DNA of 64,000 nt from an uncultured Chloroflexia bacterium (GCA_963700285.1 CAVOXA010000001.1:1152001-1216000); one strand, 5' to 3'. Positions 50,881 to 61,136 are shown, counted from the first letter of the stretch. The notes: generated by a model from the sequence alone, not told the origin. Numbers and translations are program-made.

Positions 50881-51172
50881 GGCTGACCAGGGAACTCGGG
50901 CGAAAACCTTTGGGTTGATAGCGGACTTCAGTTCTGCTTCGAAAGCTGCATGGGTGAAAGTTGTCCTACGGCGGAGTCCATGGTAGAATAGGCTGGCCTG
51001 TAGTGCTCGCCTGGGCTTGGTGAAGGCGAATTTCGAGCCGCAGCGTTGGCTCTTCCCAGGAGGAGAGAAATGCGGCTTGACAGCCGATAACCCTGCCCCG
51101 GGTGGCAGTGTGGTACTGGCTGTTTTCTTTTCTGGGAAAGGGAGCAAACGGTTCACTTGAAGGAGGGAAAGG

Positions 51173-51598
51173 ATGTCAGATCAACCGCAGTACGAACAGA
51201 GGCGCGACGAGAAGGACGAGAAGCAGGAAAAGGGAAACGGGGACAGTTGGGACGAAAAGTGGCGCCGTGACCCTGTGGACGCTGCCATGTGGGCCCTTAT
51301 CCTCATCTGGGTCGGGGTGGTGCTGCTGGGCGCCAACCTGGGCTTTTTTCGGGGATTGCCGCTAGAATCCTGGTCCATCGGCTTTTTGGGAGCTGGCGTC
51401 ATTGTGCTCTTGACGGTGCTCTTTCGCTTGCTGGTGCCGGCTTACCGGAAACCTCTGGGCGGTACCGTCATCCTGGGGGTGATCTTTATCGGGATTGGCC
51501 TGGGCGCCAAGGTTGGATGGATCATCATTGGACCCTTGGTTCTGATTGGCATCGGCGTGGGTATCATCCTGACGGGCATCTTTCGGAAACGCGAGTAG
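51173..51598 (+). CDS. Small membrane protein (4 TM, LiaF/LiaI-like)
   Basis: Charged N-terminus EKDEKQEK then four hydrophobic segments; GGAGG/AAGGA RBS. Confidence 0.7.
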   Translation: MSDQPQYEQRRDEKDEKQEKGNGDSWDEKWRRDPVDAAMWALILIWVGVVLLGANLGFFRGLPLESWSIGFLGAGVIVLLTVLFRLLVPAYRKPLGGTVILGVIFIGIGLGAKVGWIIIGPLVLIGIGVGIILTGIFRKRE

Positions 51599-51851
51599 AC
51601 CCGATAGCCTACGCCCGTACAGGTGCATGACAGGTGCTTTGGTACCATTGAGGCGCGCTCAAGGGCGCCTGTTGCCTAGCAGAGTTATCAAGGTCCTCAG
51701 CGCCATCTTGGCGCGTGAGTCAGTCCGTACCTGGGAGCAGAATGCGTTGGACTGTGGTCCAACGCGAGCCTGACTGTGCGAAAACTCGCTTGTTTCTCGT
51801 GCCGTGGAGCGCGTTTGTATGGCACGCCCTCCTGCAGAAAGGAACTGGGCT

Positions 51852-53261
51852 TTGCGCGTTCTGTTGCTTGAACCCCCCAAGGTCCCCTGGGAGATGATGG
51901 GCGATGTCGTGGCTCCGCCACTGGGACTGGCCCAACTGGCCGGTTGTCTGGAAGAGGCCGGCATCCCAGTCGAGGTCCTGGATGCCAACGCGTTGGAGAT
52001 TGGTTGGGACAGGCTGGGGCTCTCCATCGCCGGGGCCAAGCCGGACCTGATCGGCATGACGGTCTATACCCCCTTTGTACCCGAAGTGAGCCGCGCCGCG
52101 CGCATTGCCCGCCAGGCGGCGCCCCAGGCTATTATCGCCCTGGGCGGCCCCCACGTCACCTTCACGGTCGAAGAGACGCTGCAGACTATGCCCGAGGTGG
52201 ACGTTGTGGCCCGGGGGGAGGGCGACCGGATCATCGTCGATCTGGCCCGTGCAGTGGAGGCCAGCGACGGGCTCGACCGGGTACCGGGCATCAGCTACCG
52301 CCGCGACAATCAAATCGTGGAAAACCCTGCTCCGCCACCCCCGGACCTCACCGGCCTGCCGCTGCCTGCCTTTCACTTGATGCCCATGGAGCGCTACCAC
52401 TTTCAGGTACTTGGCGGCCCATTTGCTTCCGTCGTCGCCAGTCGTGGCTGTCCGTTCCGGTGTACCTTCTGCTCCGAGTGGCCCTTCTGGGGCGGCGGCT
52501 GGCGTCCCTATGACCCCGAGCAGATCGTTGAGCAGCTAGATGTCCTGGTGAACCACTATGGGCGCACGAACATCTGGTTTGGCGACGATTGCTTTAACGT
52601 GGACGGCGATCACGTGGCCGCCATCTGCGAGGGGATTCTGAGCCGGGGCATCGACGTCAACTGGTACTATCAGGGGCGCGCTGACCTGCTGGTCAAGTAC
52701 AAGGACCTGCTGCCGCTGATGCGCCGGGCTGGTAACCGCATGGCCCAGATCGGCATCGAGGCCTCCAGCGACGAGCAGCGGGATGAACTGAACAAGCAGT
52801 TGGGCACCGAGACGGTGGCAGAAGCGGTACGCCTGCTGCGCCAGCATGGTATCGTCTGTCAGGGTATGTTCATCGTCGGCCTGCCCAGCGATACCCCACG
52901 TACGATCGAGCAAAAGGTGCGGCTGGCTACCCGTCTCGACGTCGACTTTCCCATCTTTGTCATATACACCCTCTTTCCCGGTTCCGCCGACTATCAGCGG
53001 GCTATCGCTGAGGGCCGGCTCAGGATCCCGGCGGACTATGGCCGCCATGATATGGCCCACGTGTTGGTCGCTCCTGACAAGATGGTTCCCCGCCAGGTGT
53101 ATGCCTATACCCGCTGGGCAGTGACGAGCATCTACTTGCACCCAGTACGGCTTGCCCGGGCCCTGTTCTCGCCCAACGACTGGCAGCGGCACAGTTCTGG
53201 ATCGATGCTCCTTTACCTTGGCAAGCAGTTTGTCCGCAACCTGTTGCCCAGGTTTGGGTGA
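51852..53261 (+). CDS. B12-binding radical SAM protein (BchE/class B methyltransferase-like)
   Basis: PPLGLAQLA, LGGPH, SRGCPFRCTFC and GIE motifs; TTG start after GAAAGGA. Confidence 0.88.
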   Translation: MRVLLLEPPKVPWEMMGDVVAPPLGLAQLAGCLEEAGIPVEVLDANALEIGWDRLGLSIAGAKPDLIGMTVYTPFVPEVSRAARIARQAAPQAIIALGGPHVTFTVEETLQTMPEVDVVARGEGDRIIVDLARAVEASDGLDRVPGISYRRDNQIVENPAPPPPDLTGLPLPAFHLMPMERYHFQVLGGPFASVVASRGCPFRCTFCSEWPFWGGGWRPYDPEQIVEQLDVLVNHYGRTNIWFGDDCFNVDGDHVAAICEGILSRGIDVNWYYQGRADLLVKYKDLLPLMRRAGNRMAQIGIEASSDEQRDELNKQLGTETVAEAVRLLRQHGIVCQGMFIVGLPSDTPRTIEQKVRLATRLDVDFPIFVIYTLFPGSADYQRAIAEGRLRIPADYGRHDMAHVLVAPDKMVPRQVYAYTRWAVTSIYLHPVRLARALFSPNDWQRHSSGSMLLYLGKQFVRNLLPRFG

Positions 53262-53294
53262 CGCGTCCCAGGAGGGGGGCGCAAAAAGTTATCG

Positions 53295-54713
53295 TCACTC
53301 GAGGGGCAAGTGCACCGTAAACGTGCTACCCTCGCCAGAGACGCTGTGCACCGTCAGGTCACCGCCGTGAGCGCGTACCATCTCGCGGGCGATAGAGAGC
53401 CCCAGCCCGGCGCCCCCGCCCTCCCGGCGGCGGGCGCGATCCACGCGGTGAAAGCGGTCAAAGATGTGGGGTAGGTGCTCGTTGGAGATGCCCGACCCGC
53501 TGTCAGAGATGCTGATCCTGATCTCGCCGCCGCCTGCCGGGTCGTAATGGGCGTCTACTCGCACGCGACCCGGTGTGGTGGTGTACTTGATGGCATTGTC
53601 TAGCAGGTTTAGCATCGCCTGGGTAATGGAATCCGGATCCACGCTGGCTACCAGGTCTGGCGCGATCTGGACCGTCAGCTCCAGGCCCTTGTCCGCGGCC
53701 ATGGGCTGTGTCTGCTCGATCAGATCGGTGAGTAGGTTGCTCAGGTTCACCGTCTGCCGATGGAGAGAGACGCCTTCGGCGTCGGACCGGGCCAGGGCCA
53801 GGAGTCGGTCCACCAGACGGCTCATCTGGTTCACTTTGTCGTTTACCTCCACCAGGACCCTATGGTAGTAGTCGACGTTGCGGGGGTGCGCCAATGCCAG
53901 GCCCAAGTTTCCCTTCATGATGGTCAGGGGAGTGCGTAGCTCGTGAGAAGCATCGGCGGTGAAGCGGCGCTGGCGACTGAATGCCTGGTCGAGTCGGGCG
54001 ATCATGGCATCAAAGGTACGAGCCAGTCGCCCTAGCTCATCGTCAGGTAGGTCCAGGTTCAGTCGCTGGCTCAAGTCCCTGGCGCTGATGGACTTGGCAG
54101 CGTGTGTGATCTGGTCCACTGGACGCAGGGCACGGTCGGCCAGGAACAGCCCGCCGCCGCTGGCCAGGGCTAGCGTTGCCGGCAGGGTCAGGAGCAGAAC
54201 CCAACGGAACGCGGTCAGGATCTGCTGCGTATCGTCCATGGAGAGAGCCTCCTGGACCACGCCGACGATCTCCCCCTGGTAGATGGCCGGCGCGCTGTAC
54301 ACGCGAACCGGTTCGTGCCCCTCGCGGACGGCCTGGAAAACCTCTCGCCCGGCCAGCGCTTGGGCGATGGCCGCCGGTTCGACCGGCAAGTCGCCCAGGT
54401 CTTGCATGCCGGCATGAGCCACGATCTGCCCCGAGGGGTCTATGACGCGCCACAGGTGCTCCCCTCGTTTCGAATCGCTCCATGCCAGTGACTGCTCGGC
54501 CCCCGCGCTCAGATTTCCCAGGGCGTCTACCTGAAGGATACTGACAGCCAAGGTCGCACCGTTGATCAGGACATCATCAAGGTTGTCGTACAGCGTACGC
54601 AGCAGGGCTACGTACAGCGTCCCGCAGAACAGGCCCAGCATGACAGCCAGAAGAAGGACGTACCACAGTGTCAGGCGCACACGGATGGGGCGGACCAGGT
54701 TGCGCAGATTCAC
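53295..54713 (-). CDS. HAMP-domain sensor histidine kinase (CusS/heavy-metal sensor-like)
   Basis: Two TMs, HAMP, DASHELRTPL, NLLDNAIKY, DSGSG and GLGLSI motifs. Confidence 0.92.
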   Translation of the reverse strand: MNLRNLVRPIRVRLTLWYVLLLAVMLGLFCGTLYVALLRTLYDNLDDVLINGATLAVSILQVDALGNLSAGAEQSLAWSDSKRGEHLWRVIDPSGQIVAHAGMQDLGDLPVEPAAIAQALAGREVFQAVREGHEPVRVYSAPAIYQGEIVGVVQEALSMDDTQQILTAFRWVLLLTLPATLALASGGGLFLADRALRPVDQITHAAKSISARDLSQRLNLDLPDDELGRLARTFDAMIARLDQAFSRQRRFTADASHELRTPLTIMKGNLGLALAHPRNVDYYHRVLVEVNDKVNQMSRLVDRLLALARSDAEGVSLHRQTVNLSNLLTDLIEQTQPMAADKGLELTVQIAPDLVASVDPDSITQAMLNLLDNAIKYTTTPGRVRVDAHYDPAGGGEIRISISDSGSGISNEHLPHIFDRFHRVDRARRREGGGAGLGLSIAREMVRAHGGDLTVHSVSGEGSTFTVHLPLE

Positions 54714-55384
54714 GATGCGGCCTCGATCTTGTAGCCCGAGCCTCGCACCGTATGGATGAGATTGAAGTCAACGCCCCTGTCGATCTTGCGCCGCAGGTAG
54801 CCGATGTACACGTCCACGACGTTGGAGCTGGAAAAAAAGTCGTAATCCCAGACGTGCTCGGCGATCTGGGTCCGGCTGAGCACCTGGCGCGGGTGTCGCA
54901 TCAGGAATTCGAGCAGGGCATACTCACGGGCTGTTAGCTCGATGACTCGCCCATCCCGCGTGGCACGATGGGCGAGAGTGTCCAGTGTCAAGTCACTGAC
55001 TTGCAGGCATGCGGTCTTGGTCTCGCCTCGGCGGCGCAATAGCGCGCGGAGGCGGGCCAGCAGCTCCCGGAAGGCAAAGGGCTTGACCAGGTAGTCGTCG
55101 GCGCCGCTGTCCAGTCCGCGCACCCGGTCTTTGACGGCGTCCCGGGCGGTGAGCATCAGGATGGGTACTTTGCTGCCCTGTGCCCCAAGCTCTCGGCAGA
55201 CTTGGATGCCGTCCTTCTTGGGCAGCAGCACGTCGAGCACGATGAGATCATACTCTGCCACGGCTGCCCAATCCATGGCCTCTTGGCCATCATAGGCGAT
55301 GTCCACCGCGTAGCGCTCTTCCTCCAGGCCTCGCTTGATGATGGCGGCGATCCGCCGTTTGTCTTCTACAACCAGAATTCGCAT
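54710..55384 (-). CDS. OmpR-family response regulator
   Basis: MRILVVED, LDVLLP, GADDYLVKPF, VDVYIGYLRRK and TVRGSGY motifs. Confidence 0.92.
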   Translation of the reverse strand: MRILVVEDKRRIAAIIKRGLEEERYAVDIAYDGQEAMDWAAVAEYDLIVLDVLLPKKDGIQVCRELGAQGSKVPILMLTARDAVKDRVRGLDSGADDYLVKPFAFRELLARLRALLRRRGETKTACLQVSDLTLDTLAHRATRDGRVIELTAREYALLEFLMRHPRQVLSRTQIAEHVWDYDFFSSSNVVDVYIGYLRRKIDRGVDFNLIHTVRGSGYKIEAAS

Positions 55385-55429
55385 GGAGAATGCCTTTTGA
55401 TGCCGGTGTGCGGGAACCTTCTCCCTGTT

Positions 55430-55950
55430 TCCCCCAGACGATACGGTCACTGCTGGCTCCGACAAGCATTGCGCCATAGTCTGAGCTGTACCTCACCAGG
55501 CTACCAGCCACGACCCCCCGGAAGCGATAACTGCGCTGACCACCCAGACCGTTCACAAAGTATGGACAGCCATCTTTGAGAATGCGCTCATAACTGTGGT
55601 CATGCCCGGCGATCACGGCTGTCGCTCCCCATTCCTTGAAAGGCCATCGTAGTCCAGGCGAGGACCTATGCCTGCCCGATGAGAATGGCGGATGGTGCAT
55701 ATAGACTATTCTCCAGGGCGCGGTGGAAGCTGCCAGCTTGTCTCGCAGCCAAGTCGCCTGGACCGAAGTCTGTGTGACCCCATCGGGTTCGTGGGCAGCC
55801 CTGTCCAGGGCAAAAAAGTCTACCGGCCCCAGCCAAAGCCATAATAGCGTTCGTTCCCGGGCAGCGCAAAGTAGTCGAGATAGGGTTGTGCATTCGGGGC
55901 GCGCCAATCATGGTTGCCCAACGTGGGGAAAAAGCGATTAGGGAACGGAT
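55430..55950 (-). pseudogene. Metallophosphoesterase (purple acid phosphatase-like) fragment
   Basis: PTLGNHDW in one frame; HHPPFSS, GHDHSYER and VNGLGG in another; N-terminus missing. Confidence 0.65.
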
Positions 55951-56042
55951 AAGAGTATGGTGAGAGTTCAATGAGAGTCTTCCTAGGCTCCGGAAAGAGG
56001 TCATACAGTGCAGAGCCTCGCCGTATGTGCTAATGTGAGTGA

Positions 56043-56252
56043 GACGAGACCCACGAGCTGGATCCCTATCTGAGTGTTGACGAGCCCATGTACGCGGCCT
56101 ACGAGCCGGATTCGGGCTATGCCGATCCCTGCTCGGCGACGATGGGTTTTGCCGAAGCGGCACGCCGCCAGGGCGCTCAGATTGTCCAGGGCGTGGAGGT
56201 TACAAGCATTCTTACTGGTAGTGGTCGAGTGAGATTGCATGCCTACGGGTGA
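56043..56252 (+). pseudogene. Internal fragment of a DAO-family FAD oxidoreductase (sarcosine oxidase beta-like)
   Basis: AAYEPDSGYADPCSATMGFAEAARRQGAQIVQGVEVTSI; no start and no GxGxxG N-terminus. Confidence 0.6.
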
Positions 56253-56257
56253 TTCTT

Positions 56258-57559
56258 TACGGCTGTTGCAAAGTCTATTGACAGGATGAAAAAAGCCCCT
56301 ACCTTGGTATAATGGGGAGTGATGAGCAACCCAGGAACCAAGGAGGGGCAAGATGAAGTATATTCCGCTTTCGTTCGATGTCAATCTGAGGCCCGAAGGA
56401 GTCGTCATTGATTTGGACAGTTTGTTCGCCGCCTTGGCCGAGCTCCAGGATCGACGTGATGCGCGCGGGCTGCGCTTCACCTTGGTGACCGTATTGGTAT
56501 TCATCGTCCTGGCCAAGCTGAGTGGAGAAGACCATCTACGCGGGATTGCACAGTGGGTAGCACTCCGCAAAGAGGTTTTGGCCGAGGCCCTGGGGCTGTC
56601 CAAGGCGCAAGCACCACACGCCACGACGTACAGCCGTGTTCTGAACAAGGCAATAGACATCGATGCCTTTGAACAAGTAGTCCGTGATTTCTTTCAGGAG
56701 CAGCCGGGGACAGGGCAAAGCATTCTGATCAATCTGGATGGCAAGACGATGCGGGCCACGATCCCGGAGGGTAAAACTAGAGGTGTTCATCTACTAAGCG
56801 CATATTTGCCGGAAGAGGGCTGGGTCGCGTTTCAGGTCGAGGTGGGTAGCCACGAAAACGAGATTCCAGCCGCCATGCGAGCCATCAAACAGCTTGATTT
56901 GCGAGGAAAAGTAGTGACCGGCGACGCATTGTTGACGCAGCGGGAGCTATCGATGGCGATAGTGGAAGATGGTGGGGACTATGTCTGGAGGGTGAAGGAC
57001 AATCAGGGGCAGTTGAAACGAGACATCGAAACCTTGTTTGAGCCCGAAATGTGCACCGGTGGATTCAGTCCGTGTCACAAAGATTTCCAGACGGCAACCA
57101 CTCATGGAAAAGGACATGGCCGCCGGGAACGACGAACCCTGACCAGCAGTAGCATGCTGAAGGAGTATGTAAAATGGCCTGATTGTGAGCAGGTCTTCCG
57201 TCTAGAACGCCATTTTGTACGCACCTCGGATGACAAGGTCTTCCAGGAAGTCTCGTATGGCGTAAGCAGCCTGACAAGAGATGAGGCGAATGCGGACCGA
57301 CTGTTAGCGCTTAATCGTGGTCATTGGGGCATTGAAAACGGGCTTCATTTCCGTCGCGATGATACCCTAAAAGAGGATCGCTGCAGATTGAAGGGCCAAG
57401 GAGCACAAGCGATGGCCGCTATCAATAACCTGGTGTTGGGCTTGCTACGGGATGTCAGTTTTGAGACCCTGCCGGATGCGCGTCGCTACTACGCGGCCAA
57501 TCTGCCAGATGCGGTAGCCTTGGTTCTACGGTCTCCGGGATGACTTTGCAACAGCCGTA
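56258..57559 (+). mobile_element. Intact ISAs1-family insertion sequence
   Basis: Perfect 18-bp TIRs TACGGCTGTTGCAAAGTC; 9-bp target duplication GTGATTCTT (56249-56257 and 57560-57568). Confidence 0.95.
56353..57543 (+). CDS. ISAs1 family transposase
   Basis: DRRDARG, LDGKT, NEIPA, TGDALLTQ, VKDNQ, HGRRE and HWGIENGLH motifs. Confidence 0.95.
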   Translation: MKYIPLSFDVNLRPEGVVIDLDSLFAALAELQDRRDARGLRFTLVTVLVFIVLAKLSGEDHLRGIAQWVALRKEVLAEALGLSKAQAPHATTYSRVLNKAIDIDAFEQVVRDFFQEQPGTGQSILINLDGKTMRATIPEGKTRGVHLLSAYLPEEGWVAFQVEVGSHENEIPAAMRAIKQLDLRGKVVTGDALLTQRELSMAIVEDGGDYVWRVKDNQGQLKRDIETLFEPEMCTGGFSPCHKDFQTATTHGKGHGRRERRTLTSSSMLKEYVKWPDCEQVFRLERHFVRTSDDKVFQEVSYGVSSLTRDEANADRLLALNRGHWGIENGLHFRRDDTLKEDRCRLKGQGAQAMAAINNLVLGLLRDVSFETLPDARRYYAANLPDAVALVLRSPG

Positions 57560-57577
57560 GTGATTCTTGACTTTCTC

Positions 57578-57606
57578 TTGACAACTCGCCCGCCATGTGA
57601 TATAAT
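57578..57606 (+). promoter_or_regulatory. Perfect consensus sigma-70 promoter
   Basis: TTGACA-17 bp-TATAAT with TG extended -10. Confidence 0.8.
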
Positions 57607-57789
57607 GTTCATGTAGTTACGCGGCCACATGTCTCGCGGCTTCTGCTGACGCCGACAGCGACACCCTGGATCCACAACCAACTGTACACCAGCCCGCCAG
57701 GCACTCTTTGCTGATGGGCTGGTATTGTCTTGGCAAGGGATAAAAGATGACAATGGCTGGACAGCGATTGATGATTCCTGGAGCCGCAC

Positions 57790-60057
57790 ATGAACGGAGG
57801 AGGCATGAGCCCACCAGGGCCGCATGACCTACGGCTGCTGCGTCCGCCCTCGTTGGCCGAGTCCTCCAGATCGCGCAATGGCAACCGCTACGCGCTGGTC
57901 ATCGGCATCAACGACTATGACGTCACGGGGTGGCAGCTAGCAAACGCCCTGAACGATGCCAAAGCCGTAGCCGCCAGACTGGAGGAGAGCTTTGGCTTTG
58001 TCGTAACACGGTTGCTCGACAAGCAGGCTACCCTCAAAACTGTCCGCTGCATCTTGGCCAAATGGAGGGACGAGGCAGGTCCAGGAGACGACCTCTTGTT
58101 TTTCTTTGCCGGGCATGGCGAGAACCGTCAGGAAGCGGGTCCCTCGCCTGAGGGATACCTGATACCTGTGGACGCGGACTGGGATCCCCGATCCTGGTTT
58201 GCGGAGGCGGAACTCATTCAGTGGGCCAAAGAGATGCCGTCCCAGCGCGTCTTTCTCGTGCTAGATGCTTGTTATGCTGGTACAGCCATGCGCCTGAGTG
58301 ATGCGATTCAAACGGGCACCCGCGATGACCAGGTGCTCAAGATCTTGGTGGCAGGCACCGAGGACCAGCCAGTGCTCGACGGCGGCGCCCGCGATCACTC
58401 TGTTTTCACGCGGGCCCTACTGGATGGGCTGGACGGGCTGGCGGACGTGGGTCAACGACCCGATGGCATTGTGTCGGCCAGTGAGCTGATCGTCTACGTC
58501 CGGTCAGAGGTCCCCTGGCGCAGTCGGATTCGGGGCACCGAACAGACACCGGTTGGCGGCGCGCTGCAGGGTACAAAGGCCGGGGATGACTTTGAGTTCA
58601 GGCCCATAGAACCACGCTTATCCGCTGCGGTGCTGCGCAACCTGTACAGCCAGGAGCCGGCCGATCGTCGGGCCGCCGCGGAACGATTGATGGGCCACCG
58701 CGGCACGGTCACAGCCGGGCTTGCCGCCGGGGAGCTGATTCACCTGGTCCGGGATGACAGGGCTCCCTACGGGCGGGACGTCATGTCCCAGAGGGAGCTG
58801 CAGGCCGTGCGGAATTCGGCGACCGAAGCCATTGGCGCTCTGGGTCACCCTCTGGGCTTTGCTGCCTTGACCACTCTACTGGCGTCTGAGGATCTTTCTG
58901 GGGACCCGGATGAGCTGCGGGCGACTGCAACGGCATCGTTGGGCCAGTTGGCCGAGACGGGCTTGGAAACCGGCGAGTATGACCTGGCTGCCCTGCGGCA
59001 AGATGCAATCGAGAGCCTGATCGAGTTGCTGCAAGATAGCAACAGGAGAGTACAGCTCGCGGCAATTGAGGGCGTCAGCCGCCTCCCGGACGCGGTTCCC
59101 CGGCTCAAGCGAGAGTTTGAGGCGGCGCGTGACCCGTCCGCAGAGGGCCGTACCGGTACCATCGAACGAAAATGGAAGCCCGTCGTCGAGGCGCTGGCTT
59201 CCTTGGCCGACCGCCATCCTGACGACGAGCGCGCCTGGCCGGCGCTGAGCGGAATCGACGCCCGGCTCCTTCGGCGAACCTACCTTGTCCATCTGCGACT
59301 CCACCCCCACCTGCGCGACATTGCCCGCCAGGCCATGACCATGGGCCTGCTCGGCGCCTTTGGACTGAGCATGGCCTACCTGGTCGCAGTCTCTGTGATC
59401 TTTGGCGAGAGTATCAGGGTCTTTGGCCCTGCCACCTTGACCGTCACCGCGCCGTTCGGCTTTCTGGCGGGTGCGTCCTATGTCTTGCTGCCGCGCCTGT
59501 ACTGCGGAGCAGCCTGGCGTTCCGGGAGGATGGCAGCGCTGCTTGGCGGGCTTGGAGCTGGACTCTTGCTTGCTCTCTGGATGTTCGTACCCAACTGGTT
59601 CCTGGGCATCGGTTGTGCGGGCAGTCAGTGCGAGCTCTATGTCTGGTTGCTCTGGCTTGTGCCCGGTTTGGTCGTTGGGCCCCTGATGGGTCTGGCCTTG
59701 GTCTCGCTGCACTGGCGATTTCCTGCTTCGGTGCGAGCGACATCTGGAGGACTCCAGGAAGCGGCCCGCATGGCACGGTGGAACGTGGATTCTTTTGCGC
59801 TCGTCACGCTGATTGGGGGACTCGGGATGGCAGCAGTACGGAGCATTCCCCAACTCACATTCGCCATTCTGGAGCCTCTCTGGCCCGAGGCGCTTCTTTG
59901 GGGCGTTGGCGGCGCGATTTTGGGGGCAATGCTTGCTGTGGGTTGGTATGTCACTTTGCCTGCCAGCAATCAGCCAGCCGTTGCGCTGCGCAATCTCTGT
60001 CAGGTGCTCTTGTACCGGCCAGTGATTGCGGCAGAGAAAGGAGGCGAGGACCGATGA
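57790..60057 (+). CDS. Caspase-family (C14) protease with HEAT repeats and a C-terminal multi-TM region
   Basis: YALVIGINDY, NDA, FAGHG and LDACY dyad; HEAT-like repeats; about 6-7 hydrophobic helices. Confidence 0.85.
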   Translation: MNGGGMSPPGPHDLRLLRPPSLAESSRSRNGNRYALVIGINDYDVTGWQLANALNDAKAVAARLEESFGFVVTRLLDKQATLKTVRCILAKWRDEAGPGDDLLFFFAGHGENRQEAGPSPEGYLIPVDADWDPRSWFAEAELIQWAKEMPSQRVFLVLDACYAGTAMRLSDAIQTGTRDDQVLKILVAGTEDQPVLDGGARDHSVFTRALLDGLDGLADVGQRPDGIVSASELIVYVRSEVPWRSRIRGTEQTPVGGALQGTKAGDDFEFRPIEPRLSAAVLRNLYSQEPADRRAAAERLMGHRGTVTAGLAAGELIHLVRDDRAPYGRDVMSQRELQAVRNSATEAIGALGHPLGFAALTTLLASEDLSGDPDELRATATASLGQLAETGLETGEYDLAALRQDAIESLIELLQDSNRRVQLAAIEGVSRLPDAVPRLKREFEAARDPSAEGRTGTIERKWKPVVEALASLADRHPDDERAWPALSGIDARLLRRTYLVHLRLHPHLRDIARQAMTMGLLGAFGLSMAYLVAVSVIFGESIRVFGPATLTVTAPFGFLAGASYVLLPRLYCGAAWRSGRMAALLGGLGAGLLLALWMFVPNWFLGIGCAGSQCELYVWLLWLVPGLVVGPLMGLALVSLHWRFPASVRATSGGLQEAARMARWNVDSFALVTLIGGLGMAAVRSIPQLTFAILEPLWPEALLWGVGGAILGAMLAVGWYVTLPASNQPAVALRNLCQVLLYRPVIAAEKGGEDR

Positions 60058-61136
60058 ACAGGGTGCTTCTCGTGGTCCTGTTCGCCATCGTGGGTTTGGC
60101 CCTATGCTTGGGAGTTGTTTTGCTGGTTATTCCAGACGACAACGGTGGAGGTGGCGGCCAGTCTGGCAGTGGCGATCGGTCTGGTACCGGAGGCGGCCAG
60201 TCCGTGAAACGGACGGCCGATCTCGAGGCTGTCATCACCGCTGTGGAGCGTTGGAACGCCAGTGCGTCTCAAAGAGAATCCCTGGCCCAGGGCGCTCACC
60301 AGAAGCTGTACGAAGGCGATGGCGCTACGGTCGACGGGCTTGGCTATGCCAAGCTCAACATGGGCGGCTGTCTCTTGGCCATCTTTCGCGATTCCAAGCT
60401 CGATGTTCAGGGGGTTCCCTCCGAGAGTGCGCCAGCTTGCGTCGTCAAGTTCCAGCATGGGACCATCTACAATCAGGTCAAGACGCAGACAATTGTGCAA
60501 ACCGAGTGGGCCGTCATCAGGACGCTGGGCACTGACTTTTTGGTTCACCTTGATCTCGACCGTGGCCTCCTTTGGGTGATCGTAAAGAATGGACTCGTAG
60601 AGGTTGAGGCAGCCGGTCAGCGCGTGGAGGTTGACGCTGGCCGCCAAACCTGGGTCCACCGGAACAAGCCACCCGAGCCGCCGCGACCTGCAACCCGATG
60701 GGACGTTGGCGATCTCTTTCCATCCTTGGATGATCTGACCAATGGGCAGTTGCCCGATGACCGCCTACTCGAGCCAGGCGGGGAACCATCAGCCAGAGAG
60801 GAATTGAGCCTTTCCCTGGAGCAGAGCACGGATGAGGTCTTTGCCGGTGAGTGCGGTGAACCCCAGACTGTGCAGGTTGTTGCCAGGCTTTCGGGTCCAC
60901 CCGAGGCCATTGCGGACGTTGCCATCGCTACCTTGAGGTACCGGTGGGAGGGGATTGAGGAGCAGTTGCTAGAGATGGAACGGGTGGATGATGTGACTTT
61001 CATGGTCGAGATCGACCCGTCAGACTATTGCTGCCAACAGACCCCCCTTGTCTATGAAGTGGAGGTATTGGATCGTTTTGAGGAAATCGTTGCCAGTGGA
61101 GCCCGGGAGCTGCTGCTGACCTTCTGCCTTGGCTAG
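60054..61136 (+). CDS. Membrane-anchored FecR-domain protein
   Basis: N-terminal TM, Gly-rich linker, VIRTLGTDFLV...VKNGLVEV...V.AG; overlaps the caspase stop (ATGA). Confidence 0.7.
   Translation: MNRVLLVVLFAIVGLALCLGVVLLVIPDDNGGGGGQSGSGDRSGTGGGQSVKRTADLEAVITAVERWNASASQRESLAQGAHQKLYEGDGATVDGLGYAKLNMGGCLLAIFRDSKLDVQGVPSESAPACVVKFQHGTIYNQVKTQTIVQTEWAVIRTLGTDFLVHLDLDRGLLWVIVKNGLVEVEAAGQRVEVDAGRQTWVHRNKPPEPPRPATRWDVGDLFPSLDDLTNGQLPDDRLLEPGGEPSAREELSLSLEQSTDEVFAGECGEPQTVQVVARLSGPPEAIADVAIATLRYRWEGIEEQLLEMERVDDVTFMVEIDPSDYCCQQTPLVYEVEVLDRFEEIVASGARELLLTFCLG

Larger units (their letters stand above)
49205..51085 (-). mobile_element. Internally deleted IS-like element carrying a sigma-70 gene and transposase remnants
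   Basis: Terminal inverted repeats GGCTGTCAA / TTGACAGCC; flanking GAT on both sides (3-bp target duplication). Confidence 0.7.

Noticed and set aside
51852-53261. Fifth B12-radical SAM as part of the RiPP pathway, or as bchE
   Set aside because: About 36 kb away, opposite strand, clearly different subfamily motifs, and no adjacent precursor or bch genes
56278-56313. TTGACA...TATAAT in ISAs1 as a canonical promoter pair
   Set aside because: Spacing is 24 bp; only the extended -10 is plausible
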